A DNA stretch of 55,416 nt, counting the filler, from Squatina squatina (lineage: Eukaryota), in the NCBI GenBank assembly GCA_031763465.1. It is 3 parts of 3 records of this genome, joined end to end, with 100 filler letters (N's around TTAATTAATTAA, not from the genome) between each part and the next. Parts side by side here need not be neighbours in the genome. Positions count along the whole stretch, not along the records: positions 14,534 to 38,782 come from JARFOE010000013.1; 2 more parts are not named here. One strand, 5' to 3'. Numbering within the stretch: position 1 is the first letter of the stretch; each line of letters opens with the position of its first letter. Made by a program: the position numbers and the translations under genes. Positions 23,156-36,543 of this stretch are shown here, in pieces. The notes beneath the pieces were generated by a model, which ran no database searches, was not told the origin of the DNA, and saw only the letters and a list, made by a program, of their open reading frames with translations.

Positions 23156-26100
23156 CATTACAAGGGCAGGGTGGTGAAAACAAGAAGGTGTGCATATTGT
23201 TTGTGGTGTTATTTTATTTGGGAATCAAAAATAGTGCCTGTTTCTGAATTAATGCACTGCAAACCCATACTCAGTGCACACTTACACAATCAGCTATAAT
23301 TCATAACCAATAACTGACAACTGGTTTTCCACAGAGAGTGAAGATGCCTCATAATAATATATTCATATATAACTAATCTATTCAATTATGAAGATAATTA
23401 ATAGAAACCATCTGGGATATTTCTTTAGACAGTATTGTCTGAAATGTACTCAGCTGCTAAACTAGATACAAAATGGAATGAATTATGATGCATAAGCTTA
23501 ATTCTGACCCACAAGGGCCATAGCTTTTTGTATTTTACTAGATATACAATAGAGGTCTCTATTTTTATTCCTTCTCATACAGCTTAATGTATGTCAGTAT
23601 GATGTATGTGTTCTTTTATGCTTCGTTCTTTTCTGTGCATTCTTGGCGTTGCTGGTGGAGGCTTTGATATAGATAGTACAGTGAGAAAAACTGAAAGCCA
23701 TTAATCAACCATTGCAAGTTTGTAGCAGCAGCTTTCCTGTGTTTNNNNNNNNNNNNNNNNNNNNNNNNNNNNNNNNNNNNNNNNNNNNNNNNNNNNNNNN
23801 NNNNNNNNNNNNNNNNNNNNNNNNNNNNNNNNNNNNNNNNNNNNNNNNNNNNNNNNNNNNNNNNNNNNNNNNNNNNNNNNNNNNNNNNNNNNNNNNNNNN
23901 NNNNNNNNNNNNNNNNNNNNNNNNNNNNNNNNNNNNNNNNNNNNNNNNNNNNNNNNNNNNNNNNNNNNNNNNNNNNNNNNNNNNNNNNNNNNNNNNNNNN
24001 NNNNNNNNNNNNNNNNNNNNNNNNNNNNNNNNNNNNNNNNNNNNNNNNNNNNNNNNNNNNNNNNNNNNNNNNNNNNNNNNNNNNNNNNNNNNNNNNNNNN
24101 NNNNNNNNNNNNNNNNNNNNNNNNNNNNNNNNNNNNNNNNNNNNNNNNNNNNNNNNNNNNNNNNNNNNNNNNNNNNNNNNNNNNNNNNNNNNNNNNNNNN
24201 NNNNNNNNNNNNNNNNNNNNNATTCTTTTCTCAAAAAAAATCCTTTTAGTCACCAATCCGCAAATCAGTTGTATCCTCCTGGTGCTCTGCTGATGCTACT
24301 ATACAACTGGCCCCTTGGAGGCATGTGAGAGAGCGTCTAACCTGAGGAAAAGTTTATTAAGGTGAAGACTCAGCCAAGTGCTGGGAATGTTTCAGGCCCC
24401 TCAGAAGTGTTGAGTTGTTACAAATTCTGCATTTACTTTATTTGGTACAAAATCTGCCAGTAAGCAGCGGAAAGATGTTTGTATATTATAAAATGTAGGT
24501 GACTATACAGAAAGGAGGGTGTTACCCTTTACATGAGGATGAGTTGGAAAGTCTGGAGGGTGTCCTAGGTCAACTCACCCGCTGTGCTTTTCTTTCTTTC
24601 TTTGGCACCTAAATACCTCCTATTAACCTAATATTAACCTAAATACCTCCACCATGACGACCCAGTTAAGATCAGGACCTCACCGTGTAAGCCATGGTGG
24701 GCACAGACCCATGACCTACGAGTAGTACTTTGTTATCCTAATCTGGTCTGACAGCAGGTTGCCTGCATGTTAAGGTTTCAATATGAATCAGTTAGAATAG
24801 GATTATTTGACCTTACTTGTTTAAAGTCTTAGGAGGGATAGTTAACAATTTCTGCCGAATGGCTGTCAGCGTGTTGTATGGTAGCAATCGGGGGTAGATG
24901 TTCAGATGACAAAGACAAGAAAGCTCGCTCTGTCAATTCATCAGCTGAAGAATTGTTTTTCTCTCTCTAATTACTTCTCAATATTATCAATGTTATATAT
25001 TTAGATAATTGTATATTTTAACTGAATTTTAATTATATTTAATTAAAATACCACAATTAGCCATGTTTTAGCAGCAATATCTTTGAGTCAATTTAAAGTT
25101 AATTAAATGGAGTAAACAGCAAATCTAGAATCCTTTACCTAAAAGCTGAGCTGCAACATAGGGATGGTCTAACAGCTTGTCAGTACAGACATACATTACA
25201 CAGGTTTCTGAGTACATGGCTTTCCCATCCCCCATTCTGGGGACAAGTTTTCAGAGCTGGCAAGTATCAAAATACATTTCCATGAGGTTATTGGCCACAG
25301 TGAATTAACCCCATCCTCATCTTCACCCATATTTCATTTAATGTTAAATATTAAAATGTTGTTTACATGATTTGGTTTACAAGCATAGCTGGATTTTTGA
25401 AATTTTCTTTGATTTCACCGTGGAAAATGCAAAATAATCTTCGATATTTTCAGTGAGATTGTGGGAAGGGTCACAAACACAAGGATACTTGTCATGCTTT
25501 CAACACAGTAACCTACACAACTCAAAGCAAAACAAACATAATCTTATCTGCACACAGAAAGAAAGCATAGTTTGTGCAAATAAATAAACGACAATAGTCA
25601 AAAGAATGCAAAACTTCCTTCCACCAAGAAGTTTGAACTAATTCTTCTTAAAACCTTTGGGACCCATCCTGCTCCTAGTGTGCATAAATTACTTGAAATT
25701 ACAGTCTTGATGCAATAGCGCCAGCTTCGGGAAACTGAGGATGCATGACACCAACCTAGGGGAATCTGTGGACTGAGAAGAGGCAGCCAAAATTAAACAA
25801 AGAGAGCGCAACAAAGTTTGCACCTGGGCTGGTCAGTGGCAAATAAGGTCAATATAGCAACATACAAGTTAAAGCAAAAATGTCTTCCATGGTGGTATAG
25901 AACTTTCCAAAGGGGCACTGAAAGAGACCCAAGTGATAATTGATTTGTCACTGAACTGGTTGAGGCAGCAATAAACAAATTAGTTATACTTCCAATCATA
26001 CAAATTCAAATCCCTAGAGGTTACACAGAAGCTATATTTATGCCTTGAACCTGGAATACAGTTCTGATCACTGTGTCAAAGGATCAATCCAGTACCTAAA

Positions 26101-27064
26101 AAAAAAAGTACTTGATAAGCTAGGGCTCCGCAGCCTCAGAGGACATCTCAAAAGGCCTGAGGCAATAAAGTTGCAGAAATTAGTGTTCAGATATATCAGG
26201 ATGAAAAGCAGAGGCCAGATTCAAGATTTTAAAGAGGGCAAGTTTTAAGATGACAGACAGTATTTACTTTACAGAAGAGTGTGACCAACAGAGAACAATA
26301 GGATTGCTGTTCTGAAGGTGCCAATCAAGTGTGCTGCAAGGTCTTCAAACATATTTTGTGAATAGCAATTAACTTTAGATAAACCTAGGAGCAAAGGCTA
26401 GGATTCAAAGCCAGATTCTAAAGTGTATTTACATGGCACTCACTTTTGGTATGATGTACAGCAACATATGTGGTTTCAACTATCCTATGTGCTCCAATAT
26501 TACACTATTAAACATGGGACTATATAAATCATAGTAAACTTCCCTTTCAAATCAGAACCGTGGATCATCACTAATGTAACTACTCTGCAAGCATGGATAT
26601 TGCATAAATTCAATGCTCATCAGGAAAATTCCAAAATATAGATTTAAATTTTTTTTTTATTAGCAATTGCCTGGGTTTTTCCAATATTCCAACATCTTTC
26701 TGTATTTGTAAAGTACAGAACTGGTTTATTTATTTTCTATCCAACATCTTTAAACAATTACATATGCCAAACACTGAAAATTCAACAGTTTGCATGCACT
26801 GTTGGAAGATTTCAGTGCACGTTTATCATATGGAAGCTTGACTTGGGGCCTTGGCTTTTAAGAAGATGCAAGCATGAGAGCCACAAATAAAAGACAAAGT
26901 ACATCAGTTGAATGATTGTATAATCAAACAGGGATCACAGTCTCAGAATACAGGGTAGGCCATTNNNNNNNNNNNNNNNNNNNNNNNNNNNNNNNNNNNN
27001 NNNNNNNNNNNNNNNNNNNNNNNNNNNNNNNNNNNNNNNNNNNNNNNNNNNNNNNNNNNNNNNN

Positions 27065-27142
27065 CGTTTTCAATTTTGCTAATAATTCCTTGTGTGAAAC
27101 CTTATCAAATGTCTTCTGGAAGTCCAAATAGACAACATCCAG
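27065..27142 (-). mobile_element. CR1 reverse transcriptase fragment
   Basis: Encodes DVVYLDFQKTFDKVSHKELLAKLK, the CR1 RT motif YLDFQKAFDKVPH. Confidence 0.85.
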
Positions 27143-28693
27143 AGGGTACCTTAGAGTAATAGATTCTCCCAGATATTCACTGCCAGTTTATTCTAAATTT
27201 TGCAAATAGAAAATATATATGCATACTTTAGAAATAATGTTACCGTAAAAATTGTATTTACCAAGATTATCCCTTTTCTTTTATCTCATTAATTTTGTAT
27301 ATCAGACAGATCCAACTATTTACATAATTCTGTCATTTTAATTTTTTATGCCAACAGCACTAAAGTCACAATCCAAGTAGGATGTATCATCATGTAATTC
27401 AATACATTTTACTTATCTTTTGGGATGAATTTTGATATAAAATGCTCTTTAATCCTTAATGATGCACTATAATTCATTATTAAGCAATACAAACTTTGTT
27501 ATTAATTGTGTGATAATGTATTCAAAATCACAGATTTCAAGCAAGCAGCCCAGTTCTAAACTGTGCAAAATGGTGCATATTACAAAGCAGGGATTACTGT
27601 CACTGGATGTGGGTTGCAGGGGGGGTGGGGGGAGTGGTGGCGGGGAGAGATTTCAACAGCTGTGATGTGGCTCTAGGATTAATTTCAACAGAACAAAGAC
27701 CACAGCTGTGACCATGAAGCCTGTATGACAGTCCAGGACTATAACTTTGTATTCCTATTAGAAAAAAAACTCACTCTGCAACTGAATTTTTAACCAGCAA
27801 TGAAAATGTTAATGTCATAAATTTAGACTTTGACCGACACAAACAAGGGCTGTGAAACAAGTGCTGCAACGGCACAGTAAGGGCCAGATGCATTATTAAT
27901 AATTGCGTTCTCGAGTAGTTGGTTGTTGAAGGGTTCTTTGAAGGGTCAAAAGGTGAAAGTATAACCTTAGGGCAAAGGAACAGGGTGACGACAGCTTGTT
28001 TNNNNNNNNNNNNNNNNNNNNNNNNNNNNNNNNNNNNNNNNNNNNNNNNNNNNNNNNNNNNNNNNNNNNNNNNNNNNNNNNNNNNNNNNNNNNNNNNNNN
28101 NTGACAGTGAGCTGGGAGAAGGTCACCTGTCTGCTTTCTCCGCTAATATATTTAACACGGAATGGGTGGAGAAACATAGGCAGCATCAGAAGATTTGATT
28201 TGTTTAAAGACTTGAAAAATAAATTCAATCAGACCAAAAAAATCTGATACTGCTGGAAAAATCAACACTCATGTTGGAGAATAATGTGAATGGTAGTTTC
28301 AGTCGTTCAATTGAGAAGGGGTTAATGCTATCCACAATGAACATTTTGTTCTAATTTGAATATATGTTTGCTCCAGTGAACTTAATCTGTCAAAGTCAAA
28401 TGTGTTGTTGAACCCCACTGCAACACTGCTTTCTCTTGAAAATGTGATTCTATTTGCCAAACATTTCTCGTATAAGTTTTGATTCATCAGCATCCAGCAG
28501 GTTCAGGCCATCTGCATTCATGCTGGTGTTGAATAATGTAACTGATGTCTTAGAGTGATGCGTGCATGGACAGAAGCGCTTCTTCATCTGTTAAGTTTAA
28601 TCACCCGATAATCTGCATCGCCCCCTCCACTTTCACCCATATTTTGAAACCTCATATTTTTTCATTAAGCAACAAGATTTTATATTGAAATAC

Positions 28694-28787
28694 GGGGATC
28701 CCAATTCAACCAGATGCGCTGGCCTACTTTAGGTGCGAAACGTGCGTAAGTGCACTTACGCCCGTTTCAGGCGTAAGTAGGCTGCGC
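28694..28787 (+). mobile_element. Harbinger-type transposon left arm, truncated by a gap
   Basis: Begins ggggatcccaatt, CpG-rich, with gcgtaag repeats and an 18-bp palindrome. Confidence 0.55.
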
Positions 28788-28887
28788 NNNNNNNNNNNNN
28801 NNNNNNNNNNNNNNNNNNNNNNNNNNNNNNNNNNNNNNNNNNNNNNNNNNNNNNNNNNNNNNNNNNNNNNNNNNNNNNNNNNNNNNN

Positions 28888-29366
28888 GGGGTACAGTGCA
28901 GATTTATCAGAATGATACTGGGGCTTAAAGGGTTAAATTATGAGGACAGGTTGCATAAACTTGGTTTATATGCCCTTCACTTTAAAAGATCGAGGGTGTC
29001 ATCTAATCAAGATGTTTAAAATAATGAGATTTGATAGGGTATTATACAGAGAAATTATTTCCTCTGGTGGGGGAATTCAGAACAAGGGAGCATAATCTTA
29101 AAATTAGGGCTAGACTAATGAAATCAGGAAGCACTTTTTCCACACAGAGGGCAGACGAAATCTAGAACTGCCTCCCCTAAAAGGTTGTGTTAATTGAAAT
29201 TTTCAAGACTCAAATCGATAAATTTTTGTTGGGTAAGGGATATCAAGGGATATAGAGGAAAATGAGTAAATGGAGCTGAGTTACAGAACAGCCATAGAAT
29301 AATTTAATGATTTAATAGAATAGCCTTGAGGGTCTGAATGGTCTACTGGTTTGCTATATTCCTATG
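28888..29366 (+). mobile_element. CR1 LINE 3' fragment (ORF2 C-terminus plus tail)
   Basis: Degenerate VQ.RF.RMI.GLKGLNYEDRLHKLGL..., ending gggtctgaatggtctact..ttcctatg. Confidence 0.85.
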
Positions 29367-29599
29367 GCACTCAAAACACAACAAGTGGATATTGCAGGAA
29401 GGGCCAGAAAGCAAAAGGGAGCTTGGAGTTGGAGGAGGTGGTGCAATTTTAACCCGTAATACTGCCAGAAGCTACTTCTGCCCCATCAGCCTACCACAAA
29501 AAAGTTACTTACCCTAAAAATGGGGAATTGAAATACACCAAAAATGTGAGGAAATTAACCTCCCCCGCCTCCGCCCAGCACCACCAAAATTGGCACAAT

Positions 29600-29836
29600 T
29601 TAAAGAAGAACTGGAGGGATATCCCGGCCAGTATTTATCCCTCAACTAACACCACTAATCTGCTCATTTATCTCATTTCTATTTGTGGGACCTTGCTGTG
29701 TTAGAATTGGCTGGCATGTTACCCTACATTACAAAATGTGACTCCATTTCAAAACGATATTATAATTGGAAGTGAAGCATGTTGGGATGGCCTCGGGTCA
29801 TTAAAGGCGTTATATAAAAGTGTAAATTCTTTCTTT
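29600..29836 (+). mobile_element. DeuSINE 3' half
   Basis: ccggccagtatttatccctcaac..tttgtgggaccttgctgtg..aaaggcgttatataaa..ttctttcttt. Confidence 0.75.
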
Positions 29837-30644
29837 AATCCTTCTAAATGTTAATGGTATGCTGAATCATACTGGTACTTTTAATCATTTAAAGATGATC
29901 AATGAGCTGTCAGTCGGATGGTCTGTGTGGTCATTTCTGAAATGTAACTTTAAATTCCAAGCTTGATTGACATTTCAGATCCCCTTCTGCTATTAGATGG
30001 GATTAACCAGTTGCTTATCATGCTACTATATGGAACAGTGAACTTTAACACAGTGGTTCAGTGGCAAGTAGCTAGAAGGGATTAAACCAAAAAAGGACAG
30101 AATTGTAAGTTTCTAATTGATCTCTTAAAATGGGTCAAACTAGTTTTTGGGGTATTAAGTATGTTTAGAAATTGAGAAGAAGGTTTGTTTAAAAGGAACA
30201 TAGCAACCAGTGACCACCAATGTTTTAACACAACATGAATACAATATAGAACTGATACTGCTATCACATGAATGATTAATGTTTTCCTTTTCTGTACATT
30301 GAGTCAATATTCACTAATATACAAAATAATTCCACAGTAAGCAATAGAGCATCAGTGACATTAATGCCCTGTGACCTTTATTCAGCACATTGTATGAGTT
30401 GGAAGCTAAGGGATTTAAGGTTAACCCACTCGATTCAGTAGATCTCATTTCTAATCTGCATTGGTAATATTAAATGTTGCTCATCTAAAATACTGTCACT
30501 CTTCAGACATTTTCAGTTTAATGTTCTAGTCAGTGACTACAGTATTATATTTGCCATTTTTCTAAAACTAATTGTGAAAAAATGAAACACTTTTGTCTAT
30601 GATAGGTTTTTCTTCTGGTGGCAGACTTATTTTTAAATTCAGTA

Positions 30645-30707
30645 TAGAAACATAGAAAATAGGAGCAGGAATAGGCCATTCGGCCCTTCGAGCCTGCTCC
30701 GTCATTC
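30645..30707 (-). mobile_element. CR1 3' tail
   Basis: tagaaacatagaaaataggagcaggaataggccattcggcccttcgagcctgctcc. Confidence 0.85.
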
Positions 30708-33700
30708 NNNNNNNNNNNNNNNNNNNNNNNNNNNNNNNNNNNNNNNNNNNNNNNNNNNNNNNNNNNNNNNNNNNNNNNNNNNNNNNNNNNNNNNNNNNNN
30801 NNNNNNNAGTATTCAGCAATACGTTCTGAAGCAGTAAAACCTTATTTTATTTAAAAAGCTCAAAATAAAAACCTTTCTTGACAATACCCACCTGTCATTT
30901 ACCACCTAAATGGCAGTTCTGAAAGTCGTAGCACCAAGTTTTTAAACGGCCGGTCTGGTGCTATTATAGGAAATCTATGTGTAGAACCATCTGACATAAT
31001 TTACATGTTATCTACATTCCTGTGGAGGCTTCATGTGTAGTCACCAGAAAGTCATGCAGGAAACTCAGGAGGCAGTGCAGAACAGGGGAAAGGGTTTTGC
31101 ATTTACTATTCCTGTGCATATAGTATCCATTTTCCAAGCACTGTTTGAGCACTAAACCCAAGAAAATCTACCTTTAAACTCTTCCACCTACCAAAGACCA
31201 GACGATACCATGGTGGACCTGTGATCTATTCTAATCATTCTGAATACAGTGACAAGAGTTTTCTGTTCAACCCTGTGTCTGATTAAATTCACCTAAATAC
31301 TGGTTAAGTCAAGGCACACTCAGGGTCTAAGAAGACACAACGTCCACTTACGGAGGGACCAGTGATGCTGAACCCACAGAAAAATTCTAGTATTAATACT
31401 CTAACATGATTTAAAGTTGTCAGATACTTCAATCAATTTTTATTGACAAACTGGCATCCTGCTAGTCTTGTTCCAGAGCTCTGTCTCTGACAGGCATGAG
31501 CCCATTATGCTGAAGGTGAATTCCTACATTAGCAAGGTCACTATTTATTTCTAGCATTTGGAAATGGATGGGCATTTGCTGTGATCATTTAATCACAATT
31601 TCAATAGAACCTGATTGTCTATACTCTCCCTTTGCCATTTATATGAAGACAATATATTCCAACTTGTTAAACAGCTGCAGTTTTGTAACAGACATTGGTA
31701 ATCTAACTATTAAGCAGTTGCTATTTGGGATTCGAACACCAGATTTTCACATAAATTATTGAGTATACTGAGAAAACATTATCTAAATACATTAAATGTG
31801 TGTGTGAGCCNNNNNNNNNNNNNNNNNNNNNNNNNNNNNNNNNNNNNNNNNNNNNNNNNNNNNNNNNNNNNNNNNNNNNNNNNNNNNNNNNNNNNNNNNN
31901 NNNNNNNNNNGAATAGCACCCCAGGCCCCAATGAGAGTCAGGGCCGAAGTTTTCTTTTAGTGAATGGTTAATTCACACACCTAAATCATTTTCCTTCTCC
32001 AGTGTCATTTAAGGATAACCATCTGCCATTGCTCACCTCATCTAATTAAATTGTGTAGAGCCCTGTAATTATTATAAATCTGGTCAACCAGCAACAACTC
32101 CTGCAATTTGATATTACTAAAATTGCCTTTTTCCAGCTGGTTATAAATAATGTACACTGCAGAGGGCCTAGAACACACTCGGATAGAATTTCACTCATCT
32201 TTATTACCAGCCTTTCGATTAATGATTTACCTCAACACTTTCTATTGCTAAGTCAATTGTCAATGCAGTGGGTTAATTTGCCCTTAACTCTATACAGCGT
32301 TATCATTGTTTGAAACCTCGACTGCAGAACACCATTAAATGCCTTCTGTAAATCAAGTATATTATACCCAGTGCATACTCGTCATCCTCTAATTTGAACA
32401 CCCCTCAAAGAATTCTTGTGAAGTATAATCTTATTGTTTCCATGCTTACTATCCACGATAAGAGAATGCTTTTGAGAAATGTCCTCGCTACCGCTGTTCA
32501 ACTGACTGATGTGTAAGGTCCTGATTTAGTGGCCCATTTGGGTGTCATGGTGATCTGGAAGGCATCAAAGCTTCTGCCGCTCTTCTCACCAGGGCCTGAC
32601 AATGGGCTTGGGATCAGACTGTGTCCCACCCATTGCAGCATCCAATTTTATTTTGTTTGCACCATGGTACATTTTAATTTGCATAATCCCTACTTTGCCA
32701 AATGGAATGTAGTGTTCACAGTGAGATCTACACCCCTTGAGCAGTGCAGCAACCGCATTTGAGTTACTAGTTGTTGACATTCATGCTGAGTTATATTTAC
32801 TGCAAGGGAAGAGCTTATTGGACAACAGCTAACCTTGATGTGTGGGGGAGGGAGAGGCCAAAGTCTCCTGGGGAGCATATGCAACAACACAGTAATGAAA
32901 GTGGCCAGGACATGCCCAAGAATCTAGCCAGGGAACAAGAGGGCAATAAAAGGGGGCAGAATTTTTTTTACTCAAGTCTTGCCTTTTTTCTTATAGTATG
33001 TCACTCAGGCAGTTGGAAAAATCATGTCAACACTTAGTTGCTGGAATTAATTTTACGGCCTTCTGATAAAGTGATCCAGCTTCGTTACTAGTGACCCCTT
33101 GGGCACACCCCTAATGATTCACCGCACAAAGCATCTGGAAAGCACATCAATGGAGTATTTCACAAAGTACNNNNNNNNNNNNNNNNNNNNNNNNNNNNNN
33201 NNNNNNNNNNNNNNNNNNNNNNNNNNNNNNNNNNNNNNNNNNNNNNNNNNNNNNNNNNNNNNNNNNNNNNTTATCATGGAAACTTTTTGTCTGTAAACAT
33301 TTAGAATGGGATTCAGTATGTAAACATTTTTCATGGGAAAACCATAGGTAAACATTTCACCCTGATGGTTTATTGATGAAAATAATCATATTACTGAATT
33401 ATTTTAAAAAATCATCCACTATTCTCTCAACAACCCAAATGTTTTAATCTTCAAAATATGATTTTAAGCAAAATTAAAAAGTTGCATATTTCAGAATAAC
33501 GACTAAATTTATCTATGAAATTGTCTTTTCATTCCATTGTTAAGTTTTGAAGGCCTAATCCTCTCTCAAAAGCTTGTGCTTGTATTTGATACTTTTATCC
33601 AAAGTGACGGCCTACAGTCTGAGCATAGGAAGTTTATATCATTTCCTAGGATATGTGGCACTTAGCTAGACAAATGACAGCAATTATTTGCAAAAAAAAG

Positions 33701-35549
33701 GTAGAGGAAAAATTTCCAAAGCTTTATTCAAATAAAATTTTAAATTAGTGTTTTAGTGTTTTTGAAACAGAGGTGAGTGTGTATGAAAGAGAGAAGAAAA
33801 GCATAATAGACTATATTAATTAAACATGTTTTATAGCTCTACTTGGTGTTCAAATTATAAGTACAAACTTCAGAAAGCATAGTAAGGTGAGAGAATGTTT
33901 ATTCTCATCCTAACTTGAGTTCTATTTTTTAGCCCCTCGAACCTGTTCTGCCATTCAATTAGATCATANNNNNNNNNNNNNNNNNNNNNNNNNNNNNNNN
34001 NNNNNNNNNNNNNNNNNNNNNNNNNNNNNNNNNNNNNNNNNNNNNNNNNNNNNNNNNNNNNNNNNNNNACAACTCAGATTTAGCAAGAAATGTTTTAACA
34101 TCTGCATACAAGGGACAGATTTCCAGGAGTAAAAATTCCAAACAAATTTCACACTCCCAAACATAACAACTCCTTTTGAAAGCTGCAATACTGGATTTAT
34201 TATTCACTGATTGCGAAAAACTCACATCACACAAGAAATACTGCATTACAATTTCGAAGGTGGTTCTTCAAGCAGGGTATTGTATGTTTTGGGTTCTATC
34301 TGTTGGAAATTGAACTAAAGCTGACCAAATTTAAAATCACTGATTCCACAACAGAATTTTTCATTATCTGAACTGAATACTTCCACCTGCTGCTGCTATG
34401 TAACAGTGGTAAAAGGATAGCATTGCAACCTAATGGAGTGGGGATTCCCCCACCCCACTCATTTTTTTCTTACAGCCCTGGGCTCATCCACAGCTTACAC
34501 CATATTTGGTGCTTTGGGCTACACAGTGTGCTGCCTGCTGAGTGAGAAAGGCAGTTTAACCTGACGGATCGTGACTTTTGCTTCTACCAGCATAATGGTT
34601 ATGATAATGCTGTGCAGCATACCATCAGCATTNNNNNNNNNNNNNNNNNNNNNNNNNNNNNNNNNNNNNNNNNNNNNNNNNNNNNNNNNNNNNNNNNNNN
34701 NNNNNNNNNNNNNNNNNNNNNNNNNNNNNNNNAGAAACAAGAAGGGTTGCTGGTTCTGAGGAAACTCTTTTAATAGTTGCAGAATAGACTGAAGAATATT
34801 GTCTTTAAAACTAACTGAAAGTAGACCAGGCCTCTTCTGCAACACTTCTAATGAACTGCCTTGGCTAACAAGGTGAGGAAATCTGGACTTACTCAAACTG
34901 TTGTCATTGGAAAGTGTGTTCTGCAGTTCCAAAAAGAAGAACACAAATGCGTGCATATTTCATTGAGCACTGCATCTTGGAACGTCTTTAAAGCCTCTTT
35001 TTTTTAAATTACTTTCAGGGCTAACTTCCGGATAGTTTCCAGCTGGCTGGCTCCATCTGTTTATTAGATGTTGCCACTTAATAAAGTTAAACATTTTAAT
35101 GCAAAGGAACACGCAACATTTTCCTGAAGTATTACGATCTGGAAGTAAAGTGAAGGGCTTGTTAGCTTCTCAATAGTCTCACGCCAAAATATCCATTCGG
35201 ATCCCAATGGCCCAGAGCCTTTTTGTAAAATCTAATAGAATAACTTATAATTACAATTATGTCAGAAAAGATCTTCTACAGAACAAGCTATTATATAAGT
35301 TTTTTTTTCCCTGATTACAATGTATACATCAGTTTAGCACTGAATTGGTTTAATAATAAAGCTAAATTTCTTTGTATTTTAAGTACATGTATTGTCCATT
35401 TGTAAACATTTACTTCACCAATAAAACCAAAAAAAAACTTTCCAGGAGCCAGAATATGGTATGTGTTTCTATTGCTACTAAGCAATGTAACTAGTGAATA
35501 CCAATCATAATTTGGTTTCTCTAGACTCTTGCTTGTTCTACAGTACATG

Positions 35550-36543
35550 TCACTGCATATCATGGGTCACTTTTATTAAAAGCATCGTTACTACAGTTGG
35601 CAGCAATTTACATCTTATCTTACATGATAGCAGTTTTCAAAATTTTTTAAAAAACATCACAACAAAGANNNNNNNNNNNNNNNNNNNNNNNNNNNNNNNN
35701 NNNNNNNNNNNNNNNNNNNNNNNNNNNNNNNNNNNNNNNNNNNNNNNNNNNNNNNNNNNNNNNNNNNNCAACAAAGAAAACATACATTTACAAAGTCATG
35801 TTTGTAAACTTCAATGCTAGTAGAACTGAGGTAATGCTGTTTAGCTTTGTGGCTAAAGTAACAAAGTCCTTTCTTTAGAGAAATGTACCTGAATTTTGTT
35901 TATAACAGTGCATTACAAGAAAAAAAATCATGAGACAATGCAAATCAACTGTAGTTTAAGTCAGAAATTATGGTCACCCTTTAGGTGTTTTATTGTCCAG
36001 ATTTTTTAAAAAAAAACATTCAACAGCTGCCAAGTTATTGCTGTGCCTCTGGAGTGAGACCTTCACACTATCGTGGGGATTGTCAGTGTGGACTCTATAT
36101 ACAGTCAAATCTATAGGCATGATATGTTCTACAATGACTTTTGTCTAACTGTGCTCTTCACAGCAATGTTAAATATACATCTTCATTATTCCTTTATGAG
36201 CAGAAACTGCTTCGGTCACTAACAATCACATGCCATGATTGAAGTTTGCTGCGTATCACAAATTACCATTGGTGAAAAACGAAAAGCAGAGCATTTGTTT
36301 TAACTTCATTCCTTAAATTCAGACACAATTTTGAACTTGATATCGCTTCTAGGATAATAAATAATGCACTGCATAATACTTATGACCAAGACATCTTCGA
36401 CATCTGCATAACATGACTTGGAACTTTGCTACACTATGTTACAGAGATAGCTTAAAAAACTATGTGTGGACATTTAATGAATATGTAAACAGTAGGACTA
36501 CAACTTGAAGAGTTTTAAAACACTTTAGTAACTGGAAATGTAA
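35550..36543 (-). other. CHD7: CHD7 3' UTR (end approximate; contains a gap)
   Basis: Repeat-free AU-rich sequence downstream of the CHD7 stop; minus-strand AATAAA at 35572-35577. Confidence 0.65.

Noticed and set aside
23701-24293. Long ORFs of 177-193 aa
   Set aside because: Almost entirely N. The same artefact affects most ORF-track entries that span gaps.
14534-35300. CLVS1 exons expected downstream of CHD7 from human synteny
   Set aside because: I looked for CRAL-TRIO/clavesin peptides by eye and recognised none in the sequenced contigs.
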